Shown piece by piece: positions 1-7,642 of a DNA stretch of 32,113 nucleotides. This stretch comes from Gammaproteobacteria bacterium (lineage in GTDB: Bacteria; Pseudomonadota; Gammaproteobacteria; JAPPPA01): NCBI GenBank assembly GCA_028817755.1, contig JAPPPA010000087.1:1-32113 (forward strand), read 5' to 3'. The translations under genes and the position numbers were made by a program. The notes under the pieces are model-generated. The model made no database searches and was not told the DNA's origin. It was given only the letters and a program-made list of their open reading frames with translations. Each line of letters starts with the position of its first letter. Position 1 is the first letter of the stretch.

Positions 1-253
1 GCGCGGTACGGCTCGCGTAAGTACGGGATGGACAGATTTAGCCGTTGTTCTATTCCGTAAGCCCTGGCAGTTAATAATCGCCTTATTACACCTTTAGTTA
101 TAAATAAAACAGTAATTAACTAATCGCTCTAATTTGTTGATTTATAACCATTGCGGTGGCTAATCCAAGTGATTAATTTACCCTCGTCCAAAATTGACCG
201 ATCGGTCTGTTTATTTTGGGGGATAACTTGCATAGCATTTGGGGAAGCTAACA

Positions 254-2119
254 ATGGAACAGCAACGCACTCGTACCGCGTTCAGAAAAGCCCGTGCCAT
301 TCTGGCAGGCGCGGCATTAACAGCCTTGGCAACAGGCTGTGTCAGCACACACAACGTCAACATGGAAGAAGATCGCGCAGCGAATTTGCGTAATGACATG
401 TTGCGCCTAGCGGAAAGCCGCATGGTGCTGCCGGATAAACCACTCACCCTGCATGAGGCCATTAACTTTGCCTTGGTGCATAACCTTGATTTGCGTGTTG
501 CCGAGCTAGAGCAAGAAATTGCTGAAGATGATGCTTTGGCGGCTCGTTTGGGCATGTTGCCTAATTTGAACCTGAACGCTTCTCGCACGCGTCGCTCAGA
601 AGATCGCACGCAGGATTACATCGACGCTGATACCGGCGTGGTGCAAACCTCTAACTCGTTGAGTTCGTTCAAAAACTCCTTAACCGGTGATCTGAGCCTG
701 ACTTGGAACGTGCTGGATTTTGGTATGTCTTGGGTGCGCTCTCGCCAAGCGGGTTATCAAACCCGGATTGCTGATTTACAGCGCTTACGCCAAGCACAGT
801 TACTTGCACTGGAAATCACCAACTCTTACTGGCGCGCTGCGCTTGCAGAAGACAGTCTAGATTACATTCGTGCGGTAGCCGCCGAGATGCGCACGCAGAA
901 AGACATGATTGAGCGCAGCGTAGCCGAGAAGCGCGTTGATCCCATCATGGCAAAAGACGCACAGCGTCGAATTGTTGAACTAGAAATCACAATCCGGGAT
1001 TTGCAGGCAGAAGTGTCTAGCTCGCGGATCGAACTGTCGCGCTTGATGGGTCTACGTCAGGGCCAAGACTTCAAATTAGAGCGTGAAGCGATTCGCCCTA
1101 TTTTGGCTGGGTTGCCGCGCCCGCATCAGCTGGATATCGAGTTGCTTGAAGGTCATGCGCTACACAACCGTCCTGAGCTATTCGCGGCAGACTTCCAAGA
1201 GAAAATCAGCCGCGACAATGTGCGGGCTGAACTGCTTTCAATGTTTCCCGATCTGACCTTTGGCATCGGCCGTCACTACGATGACAACCGCTTATTGCAT
1301 GCGAACGAATGGAACACCGTGGGCGTAAACTTTGGTTGGAATCTACTTAAGCTACCTACCATTAGTAAGCGTAAAGCGGCACGTGAGCACGAGCTAGAAC
1401 AAAGCCAATACGAGCGCCTGCAAACTACCGTTGGTATTGTGACGCAGGTTCATCTGTCGTTATTGGACTACGCGGTAAAAGTTGATCGCATGATGTTGTT
1501 GGAAGAGTCATACACCTTGGCGCATGACCTTTTGAGCATGGTGCGTGAGCACAACCGCGTCGGCAAAATTTCGGATTTGGCCGTTACCGAGCGCGTGCTG
1601 CAAGACCTTGCTGCGAAGATGCGTCGCGATCAGTCGGTTGTTGATGTCATGGTCTCGTACCGTCGCATGCTGTCTAGTTCGGGTGTTGACCTGTCTTACT
1701 GGAATTCCGACCTAAACGAGCTGGCATTGCTGAAACAAGGTGGCAATAAAGCGCTAGCTGAGAGCGTCAAGCCAGAGGCTCGCATTGTTGCGCACCACAA
1801 CGGTTTACAAGAAACCAGCAACTTATTCCCGTGGACGCTACAAGTTGGCGCCTATCGCAATGAAGCCGCATTAGCGCCACAGCTAGAGAAGGCTAATGCC
1901 TTAGTCCGTCGCTTGCTTAACCGCGCAGAGCCAGTTGTTACACGTCACCCCAATCCGGGCGGCGGTAATATTTTCCGTGCCCGTTATCTTGGTTTCACTG
2001 AGAAACAAGCACGCCATGCCTGTGATGTGCTGAAAAGCAAAGGTATGGATTGCTGGGTAGACAAGCACGACCCAACCCTACGCGTTGGCCAACAGGTTGC
2101 ACTGCATAGCAACCGCTAA
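254..2119 (+). CDS. TolC/OEP-family outer-membrane channel lipoprotein with a C-terminal SPOR (peptidoglycan-binding) domain
   Basis: The track ORF is 239..2119 and starts on TTG. I prefer the ATG at 254, which follows a GGGGAAG Shine-Dalgarno-like run. The N-terminus MEQQRTRTAFRKARAILAGAALTALATGC is a signal peptide plus a lipobox Cys. The long helical, L/R/Q/E-rich body is typical of TolC-type outer membrane factors (motifs such as LTLHEAINFALVHNLDLRVAELE and ALHNRPEL). The last ~80 aa fit a SPOR pattern. Confidence 0.8.
   Translation: MEQQRTRTAFRKARAILAGAALTALATGCVSTHNVNMEEDRAANLRNDMLRLAESRMVLPDKPLTLHEAINFALVHNLDLRVAELEQEIAEDDALAARLGMLPNLNLNASRTRRSEDRTQDYIDADTGVVQTSNSLSSFKNSLTGDLSLTWNVLDFGMSWVRSRQAGYQTRIADLQRLRQAQLLALEITNSYWRAALAEDSLDYIRAVAAEMRTQKDMIERSVAEKRVDPIMAKDAQRRIVELEITIRDLQAEVSSSRIELSRLMGLRQGQDFKLEREAIRPILAGLPRPHQLDIELLEGHALHNRPELFAADFQEKISRDNVRAELLSMFPDLTFGIGRHYDDNRLLHANEWNTVGVNFGWNLLKLPTISKRKAAREHELEQSQYERLQTTVGIVTQVHLSLLDYAVKVDRMMLLEESYTLAHDLLSMVREHNRVGKISDLAVTERVLQDLAAKMRRDQSVVDVMVSYRRMLSSSGVDLSYWNSDLNELALLKQGGNKALAESVKPEARIVAHHNGLQETSNLFPWTLQVGAYRNEAALAPQLEKANALVRRLLNRAEPVVTRHPNPGGGNIFRARYLGFTEKQARHACDVLKSKGMDCWVDKHDPTLRVGQQVALHSNR
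1832..2065 (+). other. SPOR-like domain-coding segment at the 3' end of the TolC-like gene
   Basis: The translation is WTLQVGAYRNEAALAPQLEKANALVRRLLNRAEPVVTRHPNPGGGNIFRARYLGFTEKQARHACDVLKSKGMDCWV. This matches the beta-alpha-beta-beta-alpha-beta SPOR signature: (W/Y)xxQVGAF/Y..., an aromatic-R-V/Y strand, then A..C..L...G..C.V. Confidence 0.6.
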
Positions 2120-2151
2120 GCAGTCCTACCAACAAAGCTAGGGGAAAGGCT

Positions 2152-5100
2152 ATGCGTAAATTAGAAGAACGCGTTGTATTAGATGCGGCAGTAGGGGTGA
2201 TTGCCGATGATGTTGTAGCGCAAGAAAACTCCATCAAAGCTGGTGGTTTAGAAGCGAACAACAATCAAGGCACGCAAGTTGATGAGGGCGCCACGCGCCC
2301 TATCACTTCGGCAGAGCTTGAATTTAGTTCTGACCGGCCAGCTCAAAACATCGTATACACCATTACCGACCTGCCTGATCACGGGCAGGTTTTGCTCGAC
2401 GGCAGTGCGACCAACAGCTTTACGCAAGCCGATATTAATAATGGCCTCGTAACGTACGAACACGATGGTGGCGAAGGCACTGGTGACGATGGCTTTAGCT
2501 TTGATGTTAAGGATGACCTGACCGGAGAGGCGTCAGGGCAGTTCACTATTTTTGTGAACCCGATTAACGATGAAAACCCAGATGTTGACCTTAATGGCAG
2601 CAACTCAGGTCGTGGTTTTATCGCTAACTTTGCTGAGGATAGTGACCCCATCGCTATTGTTAATGCTGGCCAAGTTGATATTACTGACCCTGACTCAGAC
2701 GCTACCAGTTTGCAGAGCCTATCGATTCGCCTAACCAACAACCTCAATGGCCAAGAAGAATTTCTGCAGGTGGATGTTGGTAATACCGGGATTGAAGCCA
2801 ACCTTAGTTACAGCAACGGCGAGGCCCTGCTAACGCTTAGTAATGAAGCCAGCATTGAAGCTTATGAAGCGGTTCTGAATACATTGGAATACGGCAATAC
2901 CGCTAACAACATCGACACCACAGGCCGAGTGTTAGAAGTCACTGCGCTTGATGGTGTTAATACCAGTGATATTTCCACCATTTTGATCAACTTGAGTGCG
3001 AGCAACGACGCCCCCGCGTGGTCGCACCCCGATAGCCAAGCCGCGGTAGAAGAAACGCCAACACTCATCAGTGGCATTACCGTGGCCGACCCTGATGCGA
3101 ATGGTGGTGAGTTAGATGTGGTGTTGAGTGTGAGTAATGGCACGCTTTCCATCCCCGCTGACAGCGGCTTGTCAGTGCTAGAGGACAACAACACCGCGCA
3201 GTTGCATTTGCGTGGCACGGCAGATCAGCTAAATACCGCATTGGCCGAATTGCGTTATACCGGCGGCCAAGATTTTAATGGTGTTGATACGCTTAACCTG
3301 TCAGTAAACGACCTAGGCAATACCGGCGGGCCTGCGCTAACGGCAACCAGCAGTATGGAAATTGACCTGTCTGTTCCAGAGGTCAGCGCCGTTAACGACG
3401 CGCCGGTGATTAGCGCACCTAGTGCCATCACGATTAATGAAGATAACAGCGTAACGTTTACCGACATTACTATCAGTGATGTTGATGCCGGTGATGACGT
3501 GGTACGCGTGCAGTTATCCGTGCCGGTGGGTAGCTTAAGCTTGCCGAGCATTCAGGGCCTAAACCTAATCCAAGGTGACAATGGCGCCGGGCCAACGCTT
3601 GAGTTTGAAGGTACGCTAAACGACATTAACGCCGCCTTAAACGGCTTGGTATATACGCCGCCGGCAAACTTTGCTGGCTCGGCTCCAATCAATATCAGCG
3701 TTAATGATCAAAGCCAACTTAACCCGGGTGCGTTGACTGATGATCACCAGATTGCCGTTACCGTTGCGCCGCAAAATGACGCGCCGGCTTGGACCAACCC
3801 GGCTAGCCAAGTAGCTGTTGAAGAAACCCCGACTTTGCTGAACGGCATTTCCCTCGCCGATATTGACGCTGCAGATGGCGTGCTAGATGTCACCCTAACG
3901 GTATCGCATGGCACCTTAAATCTGCCGCAGGGTAGTTTGTCGCTATTAGAAAATAACGACAGTGCCAGTATTCATTTACAGGGTGACTTAGCGAGCATTA
4001 ACCAAGCATTAACCGAGCTACGCTATACCGGTGGCCAGGACTTTAATGAGCTCGACGAGCTGCAACTAGTTGTTAACGACCTAGGCAATACCGGTGGTGG
4101 CGACCTAGTTGCGAATAGCAGTATGGTGATTGACCTGTCTAACGCCAGTGTCAGTGCGGTGAATGACGCGCCCGTTATTTCAGCGCCGACCCAAGTTCAG
4201 ATCAATGAAGATGCCTCCGTTACCTTTACTGATATCAGCATTAGTGATGTTGATGCGGGTGACGACTTGGTACAAGTAACACTGAGTACGGTTGATGGCA
4301 CATTAAGTTTGCCGCAAACGGATGGCCTTAACTTCAGCCAGGGTAATGGCAACAACAACCCCACTTTGGTGTTTGAAGGCACGGTTGAGGATGTAAACGC
4401 GGCCTTGGACGGCCTAGTTTTTACCCCTGCCGTTGACTTCAATGGTGAAGCGGCCATCAACTTGAACGTTGACGATCAAAGCCAGCTTAACCCGGGTGCA
4501 ATGAATGATAGTCACACGATTACCGTCAATATTGCGCCGCAAAATGATGCGCCAGAGCTAGTTACTAATGACACGCTGACGATTGTTGATCCGTCTTCTG
4601 CGGTAACGATTACTAGCGATTTATTGTCGAGCAGCGATGTGGATCATGCTGATACCGAGGTTCAGTTCACGATTACGGCTTTGCCTGAAAATGGTGAGCT
4701 GTTATTGGATGGTCAGCCGCTAGCTGAAGGCGACATGTTTACTCAGGCTGATATTGATGCCGGTCTGCTTACTTACGTGCCATTGAATAATGGTGCCTTG
4801 GCAGATGGGTTTGAGTTTCAGTTAAGCGACCCTGACACCGTCGGCGCGCAAGCCGCTAGCGGCACACCGTTTCAAATTGTTTATGCTGCGCCGGGTAAGG
4901 CACTGGGTGGTGTATCAACACCAGAGAATTACACCGCAGCAGAAGATCTATTTGCTTATCCACCTTATGAGCCGGTTCAGTCGCAGCCGCTTGTTGCTAG
5001 CGAATTTGGGCAAGGCGATAACGGTTTGGATATGAGCCGTCCGGACTATTTTGAAAATGCCGTGAATGGTATTAATGGTTTGGAAGCGTCACTGGAAAAC

Positions 5101-5502
5101 AGCGCCTTGGCTGCGAGCGGCATCAATGGGGCCAATGCTAGCGGTGGCATGACAGATGCTTACGGCAGTGGTGAAAGTATTTTGCGTAGCTGTAGCGAAG
5201 TAGCTGGTCTAGGTGGATGCAATTTAGCGGCGAGCGACAGCGTAGAAAGCCGCTTGTCGAATACTCAACCGGAATTGCTAGGTCGCTATTTGGATGACGG
5301 CCTGTTGACCACGAGTACCGCCGCGCCGGGCACGCAGCAAGGCATTGTTGAGCCAGAGCTATTAACAGCCGCTGCTGAGTGCAACCACTTAAATGAAGCG
5401 CCACAAACCTTTGCCGGTGACTATCAGCAACAGCAAGCTGAGAGTTGTCCAGTAGAAGACCAAGCCAGCAATGCAGCAGCTGAGGCTAGCGCTGGGGCTT
5501 AG
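2152..5502 (+). CDS. Large acidic cadherin-like / NDAP tandem-repeat surface protein (1116 aa); likely secreted adhesin-type substrate
   Basis: The ATG at 2152 follows AGGGGAAAGG. The N-terminus MRKLEERVVLDAAVG resembles the LE(P/E)R(I/V)xxDAA start of giant non-Sec repeat proteins and has no hydrophobic signal peptide. There are two flanking cadherin-like modules (ITSAELEFSS...YTITDLPDHGQVLLDG...FTQADINNGLVTYEHDG and ITSDLLSSSDVDH...FTITALPENGELLLDG...FTQADIDAGLLTYVP). The central modules are delimited by the recurring NDAP motif. The protein is D/N/T/S-rich and has no Cys until the last ~110 aa. Confidence 0.85.
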   Translation: MRKLEERVVLDAAVGVIADDVVAQENSIKAGGLEANNNQGTQVDEGATRPITSAELEFSSDRPAQNIVYTITDLPDHGQVLLDGSATNSFTQADINNGLVTYEHDGGEGTGDDGFSFDVKDDLTGEASGQFTIFVNPINDENPDVDLNGSNSGRGFIANFAEDSDPIAIVNAGQVDITDPDSDATSLQSLSIRLTNNLNGQEEFLQVDVGNTGIEANLSYSNGEALLTLSNEASIEAYEAVLNTLEYGNTANNIDTTGRVLEVTALDGVNTSDISTILINLSASNDAPAWSHPDSQAAVEETPTLISGITVADPDANGGELDVVLSVSNGTLSIPADSGLSVLEDNNTAQLHLRGTADQLNTALAELRYTGGQDFNGVDTLNLSVNDLGNTGGPALTATSSMEIDLSVPEVSAVNDAPVISAPSAITINEDNSVTFTDITISDVDAGDDVVRVQLSVPVGSLSLPSIQGLNLIQGDNGAGPTLEFEGTLNDINAALNGLVYTPPANFAGSAPINISVNDQSQLNPGALTDDHQIAVTVAPQNDAPAWTNPASQVAVEETPTLLNGISLADIDAADGVLDVTLTVSHGTLNLPQGSLSLLENNDSASIHLQGDLASINQALTELRYTGGQDFNELDELQLVVNDLGNTGGGDLVANSSMVIDLSNASVSAVNDAPVISAPTQVQINEDASVTFTDISISDVDAGDDLVQVTLSTVDGTLSLPQTDGLNFSQGNGNNNPTLVFEGTVEDVNAALDGLVFTPAVDFNGEAAINLNVDDQSQLNPGAMNDSHTITVNIAPQNDAPELVTNDTLTIVDPSSAVTITSDLLSSSDVDHADTEVQFTITALPENGELLLDGQPLAEGDMFTQADIDAGLLTYVPLNNGALADGFEFQLSDPDTVGAQAASGTPFQIVYAAPGKALGGVSTPENYTAAEDLFAYPPYEPVQSQPLVASEFGQGDNGLDMSRPDYFENAVNGINGLEASLENSALAASGINGANASGGMTDAYGSGESILRSCSEVAGLGGCNLAASDSVESRLSNTQPELLGRYLDDGLLTTSTAAPGTQQGIVEPELLTAAAECNHLNEAPQTFAGDYQQQQAESCPVEDQASNAAAEASAGA
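3004..4542 (+). repeat. In-frame tandem duplication inside the large CDS: two ~770-bp units (3004-3774 and 3775-4542), each made of an A module (NDAPAW...) and a B module (NDAPVISAP...)
   Basis: Unit boundaries are read from the sequence: AAC GAC GCC CCC GCG TGG at 3004, AAT GAC GCG CCG GCT TGG at 3775, AAT GAT GCG CCA GAG at 4543. The B modules start at 3394 and 4162. The units align residue for residue, for example ELRYTGGQDFN, VNDLGNTGG, SAVNDAPVISAP, ISDVDAGDD, DQSQLNPGA. By eye roughly two-thirds of residues are identical. Confidence 0.9.
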
Positions 5503-7565
5503 TGGAAGGCTTACTAAACACCGTTCAGATTGAGCAGCGTGTGGCGGCAATGCTTGCCGCCCTGCCTTTGCCATGGCAGCCACTGCGGCCTGAGTTGGTG
5601 TTGCATCCAAGTGGTGGTGGCAGTTCGGTGTTGGAGGATCCGCAGTCCGGTCAGCTATATGATTTGAACCAAGCTGAAGCGTTAGCGCTACGGCGCTTGG
5701 TCAGCGCAAATGAACAGGAGCTGGTAGGTCACTGCAAGCAGCTTTTGTCTGACAACACACTAACGATAGCCGCTTTGCAGCAGTTGTTAATTCAGTGCCA
5801 ACAAAGTGGCTTATGCCGTGGTCAGTCGCCAGCACCATCGTCTGCAGCGTGGTCACCCTATTGGCGCTTACCGCTTTGGCGGCCGCAGCGTTTTCTTGAA
5901 TCAACATTGCCACTCATGCAGCCGCTGTTTAGTCCGGCTGCTGGGTACGTGATTTTCATTCTGGGCTTGATCGGCATAGCAGGCATTGCGCCGCAGCTGG
6001 ACTTATATGTGGGTACGGTTAATTACCTCACTACAGCCACTGGAGCGTTCTGGTTTGTACTGTGTTTGCTGTTGCTAAAGCTGAGTCATGAGCTTGCACA
6101 TGCTTTCACCGCAGTGAGGCACGGTGTGCCTGTGCGCCAAATAGGTGTGTTGTTTATTTTGATTTGGCCGTTGTTGTATACCGATGTGACTGACGCGTGG
6201 AAGTTAAAAAATCGCAGGCAGAGAGCGGCTATTGCGTTGGCAGGTATTCGCTTTGAGTTAGCGGTAGCAGCGGTTGCGGCTTGTTTCTGGCTATTTTTAC
6301 CAGACGGCTTACTGCGTAGTTTGGCATTTATATTCTCGGGTACGGCTTTAGTCAGTTCTTTGCTGATTAACGCCAACCCTCTGATGCGCTTTGACGGTTA
6401 CTACGCATTAATGGATTTATGGGGTATTGCCAATCTGCAGCAGGTTGCTGGCGAGCATTGCCAAGCGTGGCGTCGGGCGAAAATGTGGGGCTCGGTAGCA
6501 CCGCAGAAACAGCCGAGGTTGCTGATGTATGGCTACGCAGCCTGGGTGTGGCGCTGTTTAATCGCCGTCACTATGACGCTAGTTAGCTGGCAAATATTAG
6601 GGCCCGCTGCGGGCATATTAATCGCTGTCTTTTTTGCGCGGTCGGTGCTTTGGCAGCCGTTGCGCCAAGAGCAGCAGTATTTAAAACAGTCGGGAGCGTG
6701 GCGCAGTATGCGGGCAAAAAAAACAGGGCTGGTAGCCATGCTGGTGTTGGCCGTATTTTGTGTGCCAATGCCACAAAAGCAGCGTTTGGCGGCAGTTGTT
6801 TCTGCTGCTGATCAATATCAACACAGCTTACCGGTGCCGGCGACACTTACAACTGTATTGCCCGAGTTGGGGCAAACCTTTGCCTCTGGCGACTTACTTG
6901 CTGTGTTTGATAGCGCTTCCCTACAGCGGGATAAGGCATTGGCCGAGCAGGAAAAGTCGTTGCGCCAACGCCAATTGGACGCGTTGTTGCTAACAGGTGA
7001 ACAAGGCGGCAAGCGGGCAACGGCAGCGGCAGAGCTCAGCCGGGCGAGCCAGCAATTGCTCGCAATCGAAGAAAAATTAGCTGCCCTAACCCTGCAGTCT
7101 GAATCGCAACAAGTGGTGCTATCTCGTCATGACGACTTAAAGGTAGGTGACACCCTTCAAGCGGGCGATGCCTATTTAGTTACCGCTAACCCAGAAGCCG
7201 CGACGATTGATATTTATTTGTCGCAAAAGCAGCTGAAGCAATGGCAGCAACTGGAACAGCCGCAGCTAGAAATGGAGTTGCGGTTGCCGAATGGGCAGCG
7301 GCACCGGCTGTTTTTGGATATCGCAGCTTACAGCCCAAGTATTCAGTTCAATGTGCCTGCTGTTTTGTTTGACCTAGCTGGCGGCCCTATTCCATCCCGC
7401 CCAGCGGCGGGTCATGCCTCGGGTGGGCAGGCATTAGGCAGTTGGTATCAACTACGTGTACCAGCCAATATCGCGGCGCCGTATTTGCAAATGCCTGCGA
7501 CAGCGTCGTACGTCGGCGAATGGCGTAGCTTAATTTCGCGCTTGGTCGCTCAGTTCAGTTTGTAA
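5502..7565 (+). CDS. Fusion protein: PqqD-like N-terminal region + peptidase M50 (site-2 protease) transmembrane core + HlyD-type membrane-fusion (periplasmic adaptor) C-terminal half
   Basis: The GTG at 5502 overlaps the upstream TAG by 1 nt (TAGTG); an alternative ATG lies at 5550. HELAH (in SHELAHAFTAV) sits in a hydrophobic segment, and NANPLMRFDGYYAL supplies the NxxPxxxxDG second S2P motif, with several TM helices between them. The C-terminal ~270 aa have a lipoyl-like hairpin (FASGDLLAVFD ... LKVGDTLQAGDAYLV) flanking a coiled coil (LQRDKALAEQEKSLRQRQLDALLL...LLAIEEKLAAL), as in HlyD/MFP proteins. The N-terminus LVLHPSGGGSSVLEDPQSGQLYDLNQAEALALRRL resembles a PqqD/RRE-type fold; that part is inference. 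Confidence 0.8.
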   Translation: MEGLLNTVQIEQRVAAMLAALPLPWQPLRPELVLHPSGGGSSVLEDPQSGQLYDLNQAEALALRRLVSANEQELVGHCKQLLSDNTLTIAALQQLLIQCQQSGLCRGQSPAPSSAAWSPYWRLPLWRPQRFLESTLPLMQPLFSPAAGYVIFILGLIGIAGIAPQLDLYVGTVNYLTTATGAFWFVLCLLLLKLSHELAHAFTAVRHGVPVRQIGVLFILIWPLLYTDVTDAWKLKNRRQRAAIALAGIRFELAVAAVAACFWLFLPDGLLRSLAFIFSGTALVSSLLINANPLMRFDGYYALMDLWGIANLQQVAGEHCQAWRRAKMWGSVAPQKQPRLLMYGYAAWVWRCLIAVTMTLVSWQILGPAAGILIAVFFARSVLWQPLRQEQQYLKQSGAWRSMRAKKTGLVAMLVLAVFCVPMPQKQRLAAVVSAADQYQHSLPVPATLTTVLPELGQTFASGDLLAVFDSASLQRDKALAEQEKSLRQRQLDALLLTGEQGGKRATAAAELSRASQQLLAIEEKLAALTLQSESQQVVLSRHDDLKVGDTLQAGDAYLVTANPEAATIDIYLSQKQLKQWQQLEQPQLEMELRLPNGQRHRLFLDIAAYSPSIQFNVPAVLFDLAGGPIPSRPAAGHASGGQALGSWYQLRVPANIAAPYLQMPATASYVGEWRSLISRLVAQFSL

Positions 7566-7580
7566 TCGCTAGGCTATCGA

Positions 7581-7611
7581 TTCAGAACATCCGGCATAGG
7601 CCCCGTATAAT
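7581..7611 (+). promoter_or_regulatory. Candidate sigma70 promoter for uup (TTCAGA-N19-TATAAT)
   Basis: A perfect TATAAT lies at 7606-7611, 31 nt upstream of the uup start. The -35 hexamer is weak and the spacing is suboptimal. Confidence 0.3.
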
Positions 7612-7642
7612 GCGCCGCCTAAGCTATTAAAGGGTCTGAGTC

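Noticed and set aside
1-60. An open frame running from the window edge to a TAA at 58-60 (ARYGSRKYGMDRFSRCSIP*), possibly the 3' end of an upstream gene.
   Set aside because: Only 19 codons are visible and there is no recognisable motif, so this is not enough to call a feature.
211-609. A 132-aa minus-strand ORF antisense to the start of the TolC-like gene, and similar antisense ORFs at 2379-2801, 2862-3218, 7888-8310, 11833-12234, 11886-12248, 12980-13567, 18369-18794, 25898-26254 and 27016-27351.
   Set aside because: All lie entirely within, or mostly opposite, strongly supported genes. Their composition is skewed, low-complexity and R/S/A/P-rich, which is typical of shadow frames. They have no SD or family resemblance. 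I treat them as non-coding.
2152-5502. RTX toxin/adhesin classification of the large repeat protein.
   Set aside because: I read the whole translation and found no GGxGxD nonapeptide run. The repeats are cadherin-like NDAP modules, so I did not call it RTX.
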